The notes: generated from the sequence alone by a model not told the origin. A stretch of DNA of 64,000 nucleotides from Eutreptiella sp. 'Long Island Sound 2002' (GCA_964036045.1 OZ038378.1:127348001-127412000), one strand, 5' to 3'. Shown: positions 11,831-24,900, counted from the first letter of the stretch. Translations and numbers: made by a program.

Positions 11831-12190
11831 GGGAAGAAGGAGGCATCCGATTTGGAGCCGGAGGAGGAGGTAGAGGAGGCGGAGGTGCCCAAGGCACAGT
11901 TGTGGTGCGCACGCAACCGGGTATCAATTGCTAATTCTTTTGTTCCAATTTCTGAACCCCACATGCTACAACCTCTACACGGCCGTATTCCCTATGTGTA
12001 CGGCCGTATACCGTGAGTAGACGGCCGTGTACTCCCCAGTATACGGCCGTATACTATTGGGCAGATGGCCGCCTACTCCTTAGTATACGGCCGTATACCT
12101 GGGGTATACGGCCTTGATATGAAGGTATACGGGTGCACCTTTGGCCTAGTGTCCCCTCGCGTCACCTAGTGTCCCTCTAGTCTTCGTCTC

Positions 12191-13275
12191 TTGATGCAGG
12201 CACAACACGACTTGTGGCCATACCGGTTGCTCGTCTGCTTCGACATCGAGGAGGTCCCGCCGGACCCGATGCCATCGAGAAGGAGGCTGTTGCTATACGC
12301 CGATGCATGCGGCGGTAACATGCCTCCATCCGGGCCATGCGAATGTGCCCGCGTACGTTTTGTACCTGGGGGGGGCATTGTTGCTACGATAGGTGACCTC
12401 GCACCACACACCCCGGTTGGTAGGGTCGTGGATGTTCCCGGCAAGGGTGGCACTCGCACATGTGCATGTGTGTTGCTTGAATCCATTCTAAAGTGCAACG
12501 TTGAGTGCGCGGAACGAGAAAAATATGTTCGTTCCGATGACCCTGAACCCTATGTGGCTTTGTTGATTGCATGAGATGCAACCCAATTCCACAAGGCCTC
12601 GGCTACGAGGTGCAATGTGTATTTGGACACTTCTGGGGATGAGGGCGCCCGCCCAGCATGATGGCTGGTCATGGGCCTCATTGTGGGTGTTCGACGTGGG
12701 TGGGATGACACCCCCTACCTACAGCGCATGGATGCTGTTGGGCGTTTGAATCATCAACTTAAGGGAGTGCAATGCACCTTCACTATTCATATTGAGCAAC
12801 AACCAAAGAAGGTGTTGGCATTTGAAACAGGTGATGGTAAGGGGATGATGTGTGCCAGCTGTGGTAAATGTTGGAATTGCAATGTACCATATGCACAATT
12901 TGGGACGTGTTTAAGAATCATGCCCGACTTCCCTCCCTTGAGTCGTATTTGGGACAATGTATGGGTGTGTACCCCGTGACAGGCAAATTGGGGATGTGGT
13001 TCATTGTGAGGCCCGGGTGGCCACAGGTATTGGCAAGCGCACCCGCAAGGATGCCTCCATGCATGGGGGGGGGGGCAACATCCATAAGGGAGGTGTTCTG
13101 GTTTTTCTCCCATGTGACAGAAGAAGCAAAAAATATGCCATGTGCCGAGTGTGTGGTGCGCCCCCCTTCAAAGGAAAAGGAGCACACCATTGATGTCAAT
13201 GGTGCAAGGCTTTTCATTGAGACCGAGAGCTTCATGCACAATTGGTTGCCATTCTTCAGAGGCATTGTCATTTAA
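12191..13275 (+). pseudogene. Decayed coding region of unknown function; shares a motif with 41390-41520
   Basis: VPGKGGTRTCACVLLESILKCNVE..VRSDDPEPY resembles VPKEGTGGTLTVVSMNPILKCSLR..LRDDAMDY. The DNA block GAATCC(C)ATTCTAAAGTG occurs in both. Confidence 0.35.
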
Positions 13276-13708
13276 CGCTCCTTCGGGAGGGAAGGCAAAA
13301 TGTCTGTGACCATGTTGTGCTCCGCTTGATGCTACAATCTTTGTGCCACATGCATAGGGTTTGGCGGTTTGTGGGTAGGGTCCCCATGGCCAGGTGCATT
13401 GACTATGAAACACATCTAACAAAATTTGGGGAGGCATGGGCCTTGGGGTGGAGTCTTCCGGTCCGTTGATGTGTGTGCCACAGTGCGCCACTTCTAAAGA
13501 AGTGCCCTTGGTACACGTTAGAAGACCCAATCTTGTTCTAGCCTAGAACACTCTAGCCTATATGTTCTAGCCTAGACTAGATCAATACTAGAACGTTATA
13601 ATGTCTACCGAGATGTGCCAATTTCTTCATTGTTCCGCCGTGCATGCGTGCTATTGTGCGTAGTGTATTGTTCCATGCCTCCTTCTCTCGCGCTTAGATA
13701 TTACACAT

Positions 13709-14500
13709 TTGTTTGCAATGAAACGCCCCGCCACTTCCCCCCTTGCTCCCTCCTCAACCGGGAAGGATACTTCCCTCTTGTGTAAGGCACTACGGGAATT
13801 TAGTGGGGCTTCAAACCTCAACGATGAGCGGGTGGGCCATTACTTGGCCACGTGGGCGCTATCATGCCCCCTAGCACGGCGGCAATTCAACAACGCCGTC
13901 CAATATGTGCACACCGCCACTTCTATCCAAACCACGGGTGAGGCATGCAAGGCCACCGCTGAGGCATACGCCGCCTCCCCCCTCCCCCCCACCGCTATTT
14001 GTGAACTTGTGCTCAGCATGCGGGCCCCCAAGTCCTCGTGGAGGACCCTCTCGGAGCTCTCAACGCTCCGTAAGTTGGAGTACCACCGCACTGTCACTGG
14101 TGGCCCCTACTCCCGTCCAATTTGTACCGAGCGGGGCTTCCAAGCCCGTTTGAAGGAGTTGGTCGCCCCCATGCAATCGGATGAGCTCGCTGACAAGGTG
14201 TTGCCCAAGGCCAGTGGAATGTCATGGTCCTTCGCCTCATGGGTCACATACATCCACTCCCGGCCGGGCTTAGTGCGGTCAATCAACCGCGACTTCCCAT
14301 TGACGTTCATCATCTGTGGGGGATGCCTACCCCGTGGCCGGGGGCAATTGGACCCAACTCACTATCTCCCTGGCCACCTTCGACCGCTTGGCCCGCTCCC
14401 CTGCGGGCCTTTGGGTGTTGAGCATGGTCAATTGCGATGACAAGGCCATGGACATCCTTGGGGCGTTGACGAAGAGCCCTTCAACTGGGGGCCCGCCGCA
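13709..14500 (+). pseudogene. RAG1/Transib-like transposase relic, copy D (N-terminal half to just past the first Asp)
   Basis: FPLTFIICG/GDAYPVAGGNWTQLTISL..LWVLSMVNCDDKAMDILGAL, with a 1-nt slip in the G-run near 14320, matches the first-Asp strand pattern of the other copies. It is truncated before the second Asp. Confidence 0.45.
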
Positions 14501-14663
14501 GCCACGCCCCCCCAACACCCGGAACGTCTTCGCCAAACCCCTGGGGGCCATCTTCCCCGCCCTGGACCGGCAAGGCACGGTATGTTCACTGCGTTCTAGT
14601 GTTGATCTAGCGAATCGTTCTAGCTTTGAACCAGTCACCACCGTGCCGCCGCCGCTAGAACGC

Positions 14664-16365
14664 CGCTAGAACGCCGCTAGAACAGTTGCCTAGAACGCCG
14701 CTAGAACGCACCTGCATTATGTTTCTTTTCTCAAGTTGTGAGTGTGCATACGTGTGGACCCCACCCCCGCGGGGTGCGCGTGGAGTGGCGCGGTCGCGGA
14801 GTCCGGACGCGCCTCGTGGGGGTCATCGAGTTGGGCCGGATGATGGGGACTGACCCCAATTTGGCCCTCTCGGTGCTGGAGGGTTTGGGTAGGTGGGAGG
14901 CGGGCAGGAGTGCGGGGGACATGGCCTTGCAGCGCGAGGGTTTGGTGAGGGTGCAGGAACGGGCGGTGGAGACCAGCACCAGCAGTAGCCGCAGCAGCAG
15001 CACCACCACCACCACCAGCAGCGGGGAGAGGACACCCCCCTCCCCAAGGCCCCCAAGTACAAACCCCGCTTCGAGAGTGGCGAGGAAGACACACGTACCA
15101 TCGGCAACTGCTAAACAGCGCCGGCACCACAATACCGACGAACCCTAGCACCAACCTGCCGGTCCGCTGCCAGGTGCTTGAACGCCGAAAATAGCATTAC
15201 ACGTACGCCATGCCACACCACATGGCACAAGCGCACCCCAATGTGTCCCATTACTCTGCCGGGTGCAGCGAAGAGGAGAAAAAAAAGTGGACCAGCAGAC
15301 CAAGCCCAAGGCCAAGCCCAAGGGCAAGGGCAAGGGCAAGGGCAAGGCCAGCCCCCCCCCCCAAATCCCAAGCCCCCCCCCTGCAAGATATGGGCCTGGA
15401 CCCCTAGGGGAACGTGCCGGGTGTGGGGGAGACGCGGTACGTCACTTGGGTGCAGGGGGGCAATGGGGGGGGCGTTAGCCAAGTGACGGTCTTGGGGGAT
15501 GGGGACGAGGAGCTGGACCCGGAGGAGTGGTGGGTTGTGTCGTAGGGGTCCAATTTGTAGGGGGGGAAGAAGGGGACGAAGAGGAAGCGGGAAGAGGGGG
15601 GCATGTTCGGCGTGCCGGGTGAGCTTCTCTTTCGCACCCGGGAGGATGCGGAGGCCCACCTTTGGGAGGCCTTGGGGGAGGGGGACGACGGGGACGACGG
15701 GAATAACAGGGATGACGAGGGGGACGAGGGTGGCGACAAGGGGGACGGGGGTGACAAGGGGGCTGAGGTGGGGGGTGACACGCGGGGTGAGAAAGAAGGA
15801 GTCACGGGGGGTGAAAAGCGGGGTGCCGGGAGCAAGGATGAGCCCCGGCAACACCCCACCACGCAGGAGGGGTAATATGCGTGTCGCGACTCGCGAATGG
15901 GGGCCTGGGGGGGGGCAGGGGGGCTAACCGGGCTAATCGGGCTAACCCACCACCAAGTGACCCGGCGCCGGCGCGCCAAGTGACCTTGCAAGTGACCTAT
16001 GGGGTTCGGTGGGGGGCTAACCGGGCCAACTGGGGGAGGGCGGGGGGGGGCAAACCGGTGCTCCGTGAGTCGTGTCCAGAATCGGGAACCTGTGATTGGC
16101 CACGGCTGGCCATGGTAGTCGGTGCAGCTTGGGGCTGAAACATAGTGTAGCATTGGATGCCCTTGATTGGGGTTGCAAGGGTCTACCTCGTGAGGCAATG
16201 TTTCATTCCTTTGGTCGTCAAAGGAGGTTTGTGAAGAGACGGAAGCACATGTGATTGATTTTTCAGTACCTTACATTTTAACTAACCCTCTATGAGGAAT
16301 GGCGCAGCATTCATATATATTGTTCTAGCGGCGTTCCACCGAACTGTTCTGGCGGCGCTCTAGCG
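14664..16365. mobile_element. ~1.7-kb segment bounded by 44-bp imperfect inverted repeats built from GCCGCTAGAAC units
   Basis: The reverse complement of 14664-14707 matches 16322-16365 at 38 of 44 positions. The interior is a decayed + strand frame with Ser/Thr, KGKGK and acidic Gly-rich tracts. Confidence 0.55.
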
Positions 16366-17807
16366 TCGCTAGAACGCCGCTAGAACGAAAACTTTTTGCA
16401 CTCCAAAATCAGTTGAAAACAATGACATAGTCAAAAAAAAACTATGGGCCCCCTAGTACGGATAGGGGGGTCCAAGTTTTCCATGGACCCAGCCAAAAAG
16501 CTATTCATGCTTTGTTGATGATGTTGTTGTATTGCTCACCAATTGTGCATCATTTTTCTTTGGTATTTTGCCTCACAATGCATAAAGGTTTTGGACCAAG
16601 GCATAGAAGAGATGGCGCTACACATTGCTATTTAAGGCAAATGTGGGTATGTGCAGAGGGAGGCCACAAAACATGCGTCAAGTACCTAGATGGTAGGGGG
16701 GGGGGGGGGCTAAGTATGCACCGTATACCCTAGGTATATGGCCGCCTACTCATAGGTATACGGCTGTATACTCTCGGGTATACGGGGCAAACTGCCTAGG
16801 AATACCTGGAGTATATAGCTGGAATACCTCAAAATGGGTAAAACCACACCCTCACAAAGGGGTCAAAAGTGGGGGACCATATGGCAATTGGTATGTGTAC
16901 CCCCGATTTTGAGGGTGCTCTTTCAAAATTTTATGGTGCTAAAGGCCAAGGAGACGGCTAGATGTGGAGTTTCAAGATCCGGGTTTTGGGGGGGGGTATT
17001 CTTGAACGCCAGGCTATGCACACCACCTGTTTCGCGTGTTGAATAGGAAGTTACGAAGCTTTGAGAAGTTACAATTGGTGAGTGTCACCCAGAGAAGCGC
17101 ATTTGCCAAGTGGAATTCCTTCTTGCAATCATGGGAACAAAAAGGTTGGGCTGTACTGTGCGGTGCGGTCCGGTACATGAACTTCAAAACTTATGCGTGC
17201 AGTAAACAAACTTGCTCTCATGTTGATGGTCCGTGGGAAGTGTATGTGCTTGATAGTGGGATCTCACTCGTTGGTCGCGGCCTTTCAGCTAGTGATTACT
17301 CACATGCATTGAGAGGGCTCATTGGGGCGAAGATCCGTTCAAAGCGGTTCCCCTTGCCCCAGGGGGGGGGGGCGCAAAAAAATTCGCGGTATCACCGTTT
17401 TTTCGTACCCCCCCCCCCCTAGGGGGGGTGCGGCCCGAAAAAAAATATCCCACCCCCACGGTTAAAAAAGTTTCGCAACCCCAATTTTTTTCTAAAGAAC
17501 ACCACTAGTTGCTTTTTCATATTGTGTAAGCGTAGCCTACATAAAGCTTTGAGGACCCCAAACATTGCCTATTTTGCTGGTATAAATTTGGTACCCCTAC
17601 ACATCCCTGTCGGCCCAAACTTCAGCCACCACAAAGCGAGGGTTCTGGCCGTGGGGCCCCAAGAGTTTTGGTTTGGGGTAAAATTGGTCAAAATGACCCT
17701 CCTTTTCTAGGAATAGTAGCAATAGCACAGGTAGCAAACTAGGTGTGACATAGGTGAGGGTTCGGTAATAGCACGGGTAGCAAACTAGGTGTGGCACAGG
17801 TGAGGGT

Positions 17808-19455
17808 TTGGGATCCCTCCTTTGCATGCCATACTGCTGCATACCGTTCCCTTGTTGCAGGTTTTTTTTACGACCCCAGTTGAATTGGCAACGTTTCAAC
17901 TGGTTTTGTGCACAAGCAATGTTGAACCCCAATGTGGGCGTGTTGGACATTGGTGGGGTGCAATGTAGTGGCGTTGTGAGCCCATTCAGCATGCTGGACC
18001 TTCCTGTTTTGGGCGCCACTGCGTCATACAGGACTGCTACAACGTTGTGGACAACGGCATTGGCCTCAACATGTATGCCGGTCATGGGGTACACCCTCCT
18101 AGAGGCCATTTGTGTTGCTATTGGGGCGGAAACTACTTGGATCACACGAGGTGGCGGGTTGCGTGCTAGTTGCACTGGTACATCCCTCCAAGTCCTGAAG
18201 TTGTTGGATTTCACCTCCTTTGAAGACACGGAATTGATTCCTTGGGATAAAGCCAAGGAAACTTTGCTGCGCCTTGCAACCACCCCTCCTCCATCAACCG
18301 CGCGCATTTGCTTTTTTGATGGAGTACGAGGGTTTCTTGATTGGTGCGGGGAGCAGGAATGACTGATGGTTTTACGTTGATGTACAAGGATCTCCCCGGG
18401 CTCCAAGGGCTGGTGCACTCTATACCGAGTTTTCCACTCTTGCAGACATTGTCGAAGTTGTGCTACTTCCCGATAGTTTGGCACGGACGGCCACCTCACC
18501 CAATGAAGCCCAAGCATGCCGAATTTGGACAGTTACGGTTAGGGCCAAAGTTTTGCCAGGCACAGCTACCAAGGGCACACTTGGCCGTTGTACTGTTCAG
18601 GACATCCGCCGGAAGCTTACAGAGGATTGTGCAGTTATTACTCCAATGCTACAATCTGCACATATCATTGCCACTCCTGCTGATGTGCATGAAGTGTTGC
18701 GCACCCTCGGCGTAGTGCAAATGCAACCAGTTGCGCCACCTACATTGCAAGCACCCATGCCCCCAAGTATTTCTTCGGATTCTTCTGCGCAAATAGTGCG
18801 GCCTGGCAACAATGTGCAAGAATATCAAAAGGCTTACAATGCTTCTATTGGTGACCATTGGTTTTGCTTGTGCGGGAAAAAGTTGTCCACATTAGTGCGG
18901 CCAAGCAGTAGCACTTTTGAGCAACATTGCAAGACTAGCCAGCAACACTTGCGCTTCATGCAAGAGAATCGCCCCCTTCAACCACGGGAACACACATTGT
19001 TGACTTTTTTCCCGGCAAAACGGTTCAGTCTGAATCCCAGCCCGTAATCGACTCCTACCACGCCTACAGCCACAAGCACCCCAATTACCGAGCAATCCGT
19101 TGTGCCTACATAATTGCCACTCCCACCCCCACCATGTCCGAAAGTGCTGCCATTTGGAATCAAAGATGCAAACCACTTACGCCGGGCATATGCACTACTA
19201 CGCCACGGACATGAGAAGGCCTCATGGCGTCTAGTTGATGGCTTGGGCTTGGAATCGGTAGACCCGCCGTGTACAGGTGAAGGATCCTATGATTCCACGG
19301 GGTGCATTGTACCATGTTCCCCAGGTGCTGGTGTGAGGGGAAGTGTTGTGCTGCATCGGTGGATGGTTGAGGCCAGGGAGCCAGACAAAGGTGTACGACA
19401 TTGGGAGTTCGGCTTCGAGGCTTTGTGTATCCGGGCCGATGGTCACCGCCGCTAG
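17808..19455 (+). pseudogene. Decayed ORF with a C2H2-like finger, probably transposon-derived
   Basis: WFCLCGKKLSTLVRPSSSTFEQHCKTSQQHL followed by TLLTFFPAK and PCTGEG..CIVPC. The frame ends at the minisatellite. Confidence 0.35.
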
Positions 19456-19850
19456 TTTGGATCTCCATTGTGTGAACCGGCTTGGATCTCCATTGTGTGA
19501 ACCGGCTTGGATCTCCATTGTGTGAACCGGCTTTGGATCTCCATTGTGGGAACCGGCTTGGATCTCCATTGTGTGAACCGGCTTTGGATCTCCATTGTGT
19601 GAACCGGCTTTGGATCTCCATTGTGTGAACGGGCTTTGGATCTCCATTGTGGGAACCGGCTTGAATCTCCATTTTAGTGAACCGGCTTTGGATCTCCGTT
19701 GTGTGAACCGGCTTTGGATCTCCGTTGTGTGAACCGGCTTGGATCTCCATTGTGTGAACCGGCTTTGGATCTCCATTGTGTGAACCGGCTTTGGATCTCC
19801 ATTGTGTGGACCGGCTTGGATCTCCAATGTGTGAACTGGCTTGGATCTCG
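19454..19850. repeat. Minisatellite, about 15 copies of a 25/26-bp unit TTGGATCTCCATTGTGTGAACCGGCT(T)
   Basis: Head-to-tail near-identical units with no spacers. Confidence 0.95.
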
Positions 19851-20649
19851 TAGGCAAGTAATTGTGGGGCAGGTGCCATACCTTGGCACCACGGCTGTGA
19901 CGTGTCCATGGTTTGATGGTATGAAGTGAAACGGCCGGGTGGAAAGTTGGGCGTCGTGGGGTCCACAACGGACATGGGGCACCCGTTGAACGGCCAGGAC
20001 GAGCCATCGAAACCACGCGGGGTCCATCACCTAGCAGTGTAAGGCAATGGACACGTACACAGTGGCAAGGAAACCGGAACGGCCGGGTGGGAAGATGGAC
20101 GTCGTGGGGTCCACAGTAGACTTGGAGCACCTACTGAACAGCCATGACGCGTGATTGTACCCACGCGGGGTCCACCGGTTGCTTGCCCGGGTTCTCGCCC
20201 CATGCAGTGTGCATGGGGACTCTTACCGCCGACAAGAGGCCAGGGTGGGGCGCTACGACACGTAGCTGGGAGTACTCGGGGGCTTTTGTGCCCTTAAACA
20301 TAAATAACACCCGTGTCGGCAATGCATGTTGTTTGCTGGTTCATGACATTGTGCTGCGAAGCATGCCATGGAGAAGGGGCCACCGACGACTACATGTCGC
20401 AAATGGCATGTTGGACATGGGCTAGTACCCCAAAGAGCCAAGCAGAGGAATGCCAACGAGTAGCAAAGGCATGTTATGTGGTGGGAACACCCTGATTATG
20501 TGTGGTAGGTGCGACATGGGAAGAAAAAGTTTTTTCTGTAGGACCCACTTTTTTTCGTACCCCCCTCCCCCTAGGGGGGGTCACCCCCGAAAAAAATATC
20601 CCACCCGGTATCAAAAATCCCCCCCCCCTTCGCCTTGCCCTCATTCCCG

Positions 20650-21900
20650 GACAATAAGAGGTACCAAGGACATGCAGGGCTTAGACAATGTGAGGTTCAA
20701 AACTTTTGGGAAAGGTGGGAGGCGATTGCGCTGCAGCGAGTTGGTTTGCGAAAGACACGGAATGCAGTACGTGACTCACTGCACGAAAGCAATCACCTTC
20801 CGTGGAATGCTGAAGACTCAAAGTCACGCCTAATCGCGCGCCTCGCAAAAGTGCCCCTTAGTTGGCGGCCGGATGAGGTAGGGTCTTGGGTGTATACAAT
20901 GTGCGGCACCTCCCCCATATGTTGGTCAAACAAGGTGTTTTCAGCGTTTCCAGCGTTCATGTATGGGGCGCTATCGAGAGCACCTACAGAAAGCTAGATT
21001 GTTAGCTAACCATTTCTCTGGCATACCCCACAGGAAGATTAGAGCAACAATGGGTTTCGGAAAGGAACCATCATTAGCACGGATCTTAGTTCTTCAACTC
21101 CCTTGCAAAGTCATAATCGTTCCGCTACAGGATGTAGCAAACGAACAGGCAGGGGCGGTTGAACGCTAGTGGAACAGTGCACTGGGGCAAACATTGAACC
21201 AGGTAACATGTTTCGAGGGTGTTGATGCTTTTAGAGTTGAGCGCATGCTAGGTGCACACCAAAAAGGCTGTTTCACTCGAGAATGCCCCCCTGTCTAAGA
21301 TGGCACACTCCCTTGTGCGTAAGAGGGAATGCAAAACACACAAAGAAATGGATGGTCGCTGGTGGTTTGTCACATATGTAGCAAGCAAGATTGAACTGAA
21401 CCTTTTTGACAGATTTTTTTAGCATGTTGCGAGGCTAACAGTGCATAAATCGAAGTTTGCAGTCAAGAGATGCTTGGTACTTCGCATTCCTTCTTTTGAC
21501 CGCACCATGCAGGCTAAGGTGCGAGGGGTCTGTGTAGATGCGATGAAAAAAGCGCTCCTAGGCCATCTTTTGCTGGAGTGGTTTGCTAAAACCACTTGCA
21601 TTATACCAACCCCCTTTGTTACCATCCGAGATGCACTCAGTGGTGGAGGAAAGGCGATAGCACGAAATATTGCCGTCCATGCCATGGAGAACAGACGAGT
21701 ACGTGACCCAACATTGTGCTCTTGGACTCCCTTGCCTAATGAGTTAGGTGTCTAGAGAACACAGGGTCCACCAGAGGTTCTACAACAGGTATGTGAAGAA
21801 GCGTTGAGCAAGCTGCGAGAGCGAGCATGCAAGTGCTCAGAGATGAGACGAGGTTCCCCGTCCTTTAGCGGATTCTTGGACCATGTGGTAGTACGTAGCC
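20650..21900 (+). pseudogene. Heavily decayed coding relic, possibly the same unclassified transposase family as 40553-41190
   Basis: PPEVLQQVCEEALSKL (~21770-21820) resembles PGAAHVQECCEALLAKL (~41095-41145). Many stops are present. Confidence 0.25.
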
Positions 21901-24900
21901 ATGCAGATTGGTCCCATCCTTTTGATTTGAGCTGTGCGAATTTTCTCGGCGAATGACCGGAATCAATTTTTCCCTGACCCAGCTTCCCTACAACATCAGC
22001 TAAAGGAGATGAGCATAGTGCTCAACGATTTAGGTGTGGCACAGGTGTAAGTGGACAAAATGTCGTTTTGAAACAAAAGGGATTTTCAAGCGGGGGATCG
22101 TCAAACAAGCTGAAACAGCACTTTGGGCGACCATAAACAAAATGGTGGAACATGGAATTGAACTGGCCCGGTGGCTGCACGGTTCAGAGGTTTATGATCT
22201 CAGGTATGATATCAGTGAGTTTAACCTCAGGGTCGGGGTATGGGACAAAAAATTGACAAGACTGGGATCTTCGTGTTCTATTTTGTATGACCAGCGCACA
22301 TTACAGTCTACTGTTTTTATTTCGCGTTTTAAACTATGGGGATGGGCAGAATCCCCAAATGTTGCAAAACTAACCACCGCACACATGACAGTTGAGAAAG
22401 CTAGAGAACGTGGCATGATCTATCATATGGTGCAACGACGCCTTGGATGAACATCCTTGCTGCTGCCCACCTATCCCAATAGTAAGATGGTGCACCGAAA
22501 CAAAATGGTTTTGGCACCCATCTCTTGCGACCGCACCACCGAATAACACACCGGCGCAATACGGCACTTGCGGCCATCTGATCCCACGCGCACGGTTCGT
22601 TGCAATGCGGGATGGCGTTGGCACGCGGCAAGAGTAACACGGACCAAGGGCTACTGCATATGGGTTGTACCCGCCTCCCCCCGGGGCGGTAGTCGGCTGT
22701 GTGCCTCATGTGGTCACTGTTGGCGGCTGGTGGTGGGGGGGGTTCGCTAGATTTACCACAGTCCTGCCTTCTGGCCGTCGCAGCGAGGGCATCATTGGGC
22801 TCGTCCAATTGCACGCTCCCAGAGCATGCCGGGCTAAACCACTTGTGGGCAAGAGGGTTCCTTGTCTGGCGACCAAGGGTGGAAGGAGCCCTACAACACA
22901 AGAAACAAGAACATAAGTATTTGTACGACATCAAGCGACGAAGAGGCATGCAACGTTGCCAGTCATCATCTATTTGTACCGAATTCGCTAGATATTCGTT
23001 TTAATTTCGTACCAACTTCATACAATCTTTGTAGGACCCTTATGTTTCGCTAGCTTGGGAGTCGTATTCACAGCTATGAATCGTACGAACTTTGTACAAA
23101 TTTTGTATGAAAGCACGAAGAATTCAAGTCCTATTATGGACTGCGGTGTGCTAGATGCATCGCACGGGAACGGGACTTTACTTGAGGTCCGCGCAGGAAA
23201 CACTCGATTCAAGTTGCCCGACCTCGCCTCCTTGCGCTTCCTCCATGGTGCTGCCGTATTCATGAGCTGCTAGGTGGACAAGCACCTCACCAGCTACAGC
23301 ACCCGACCAATGGCAAAGTAAATGGGAGTGCAGGCGTCCACTGCCCCATCTCTTCAAATTACCGAGCATGTGGTACACTCAGTCGCAGCTTACCTCCCTA
23401 CATTTGCGCCCCAACCCCGCCACGTTGTGTGCTTTGAACTCGGCGCACTCCACCTTTGCCTTTTTGCCCCTCCTCTGCTCCTGCAGCTCGGCACTCATCC
23501 CCTACATTTGCTTCCTCTCCTTCTCGGTCTCATCCTCTTATTAGGGTTTTTGAGTCTCCAGTTTTCGCTATTTTTGTGGATCAATGTTGTGCTATTTGGC
23601 TTTCACTTCATTCGGATTCCACAAATTACCGCCTAAGGTTGTCACTCTCCAAATCTTCGGTATCCATGATACTTGGGGTGCCTTTGCACTTCACCGCCAT
23701 CCAACATAGAACTCCAAAGTCTGAAACTACCAATCAGTACGCATTTCATTACAATGCAAATAAAACCGCACCCGAAATGGATAGCATGCACTAGCATTAT
23801 TGCACTTTCGGGCATTGCGTGTGCAGCTTGACGTCCTCTTTTTGAAATGCCCACTAGGATGTCCGGAAAATATCCCCAAATGGCCGCTGACAGTCTCGAA
23901 AATTTGTGCATCTTGGCGGTTGTCATGTAGGAATGAACAATGGGCTGTATCTGGAGCTGCTTGGCTTGAAAAGCGATTTTGAGGCCACCTAGTCCATCTA
24001 CAACCGACCCACTTCTAGTGGTTTCCACCACCTAGAAGTGCCTGGACGGATGCCTTAGACCCCCTTCCAGGAACACAGCGGGCTATGGCAAGTTGCAAGA
24101 AGAAGCCCATGGAGGTGGCCGCCTCAAGGGGTCAACAAGGTTAACGATGTGGAACGCAAAAATGAGTGTATTCTAAAATGACCATAGCATACCCACGCCT
24201 GTAGCCAAAGCAACACGTGCCGGCACAGGCCTATCTTGCGATTTCTCATGAGTAGTTCAAAAAGAGGTGAAGCTCTAGCGTTTTGGGGGCCCAAAAAAGA
24301 CTGCAAATCGGTTACAAATCCCGCGCTCCTTACTCTCAGCCCCCCCCCCCCCCCGGCGTGGTACCCCCCCCCCTGCATCGCAAGCCCCTCCAGATGTGGT
24401 TTACGTTCAATTGGATTTCAATATCCATGCTATGTTACCTGCTATGTAACATGTACAATCCTTGCATTGTTTCCTATGCTCTCTATTTTCGAAATCCTTG
24501 TCCTCCTTTGGAGTTCACAAACTTACAAGTCTAGATGTTGCATCACAGGCAAAGAGAGCACGTGAGCCGGCTGAATGTCACTGCCCTCCTAATTCACCTT
24601 GTGACGCTGAAAAACGGGTTATGAGGTATTGCAATCGCGTGAAATGCATTTTGACAACATTGGGGACCCTTGCCCGGCACATGAAATGAACAAAGAGGTG
24701 CCCCTAAGTGGGAGAAGGCAATTGCATGCAATTTGCGTCAAGAACAGGCCTCTTTTGTGTGACACCTTAACTTCGGTCCCTGGGTAAATTAACCCCTCTT
24801 GCGCGCATAAATGAGCCGGTCCTAATTGCAGGGAAGCAAGCAAAAAATGTCTTTTCGCGCGGGTCAGAAGTGGGTATACACGTCCGTAAGAAGGCACGAG

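Noticed and set aside
12671-12979. SET domain (AVGRLNHQLK resembling RFxNHSC) or Ulp1 protease
   Set aside because: Only one short motif matches. There is no GxG or post-SET tyrosine motif, and no His-Asp-Cys triad.
15111-16198. Pro-rich minus-strand ORFs as genes
   Set aside because: These are shadow frames of the G-rich plus-strand low-complexity sequence.
19454-19850. CRISPR-like array
   Set aside because: Units are contiguous with no unique spacers, no cas genes are present, and the context is eukaryotic.
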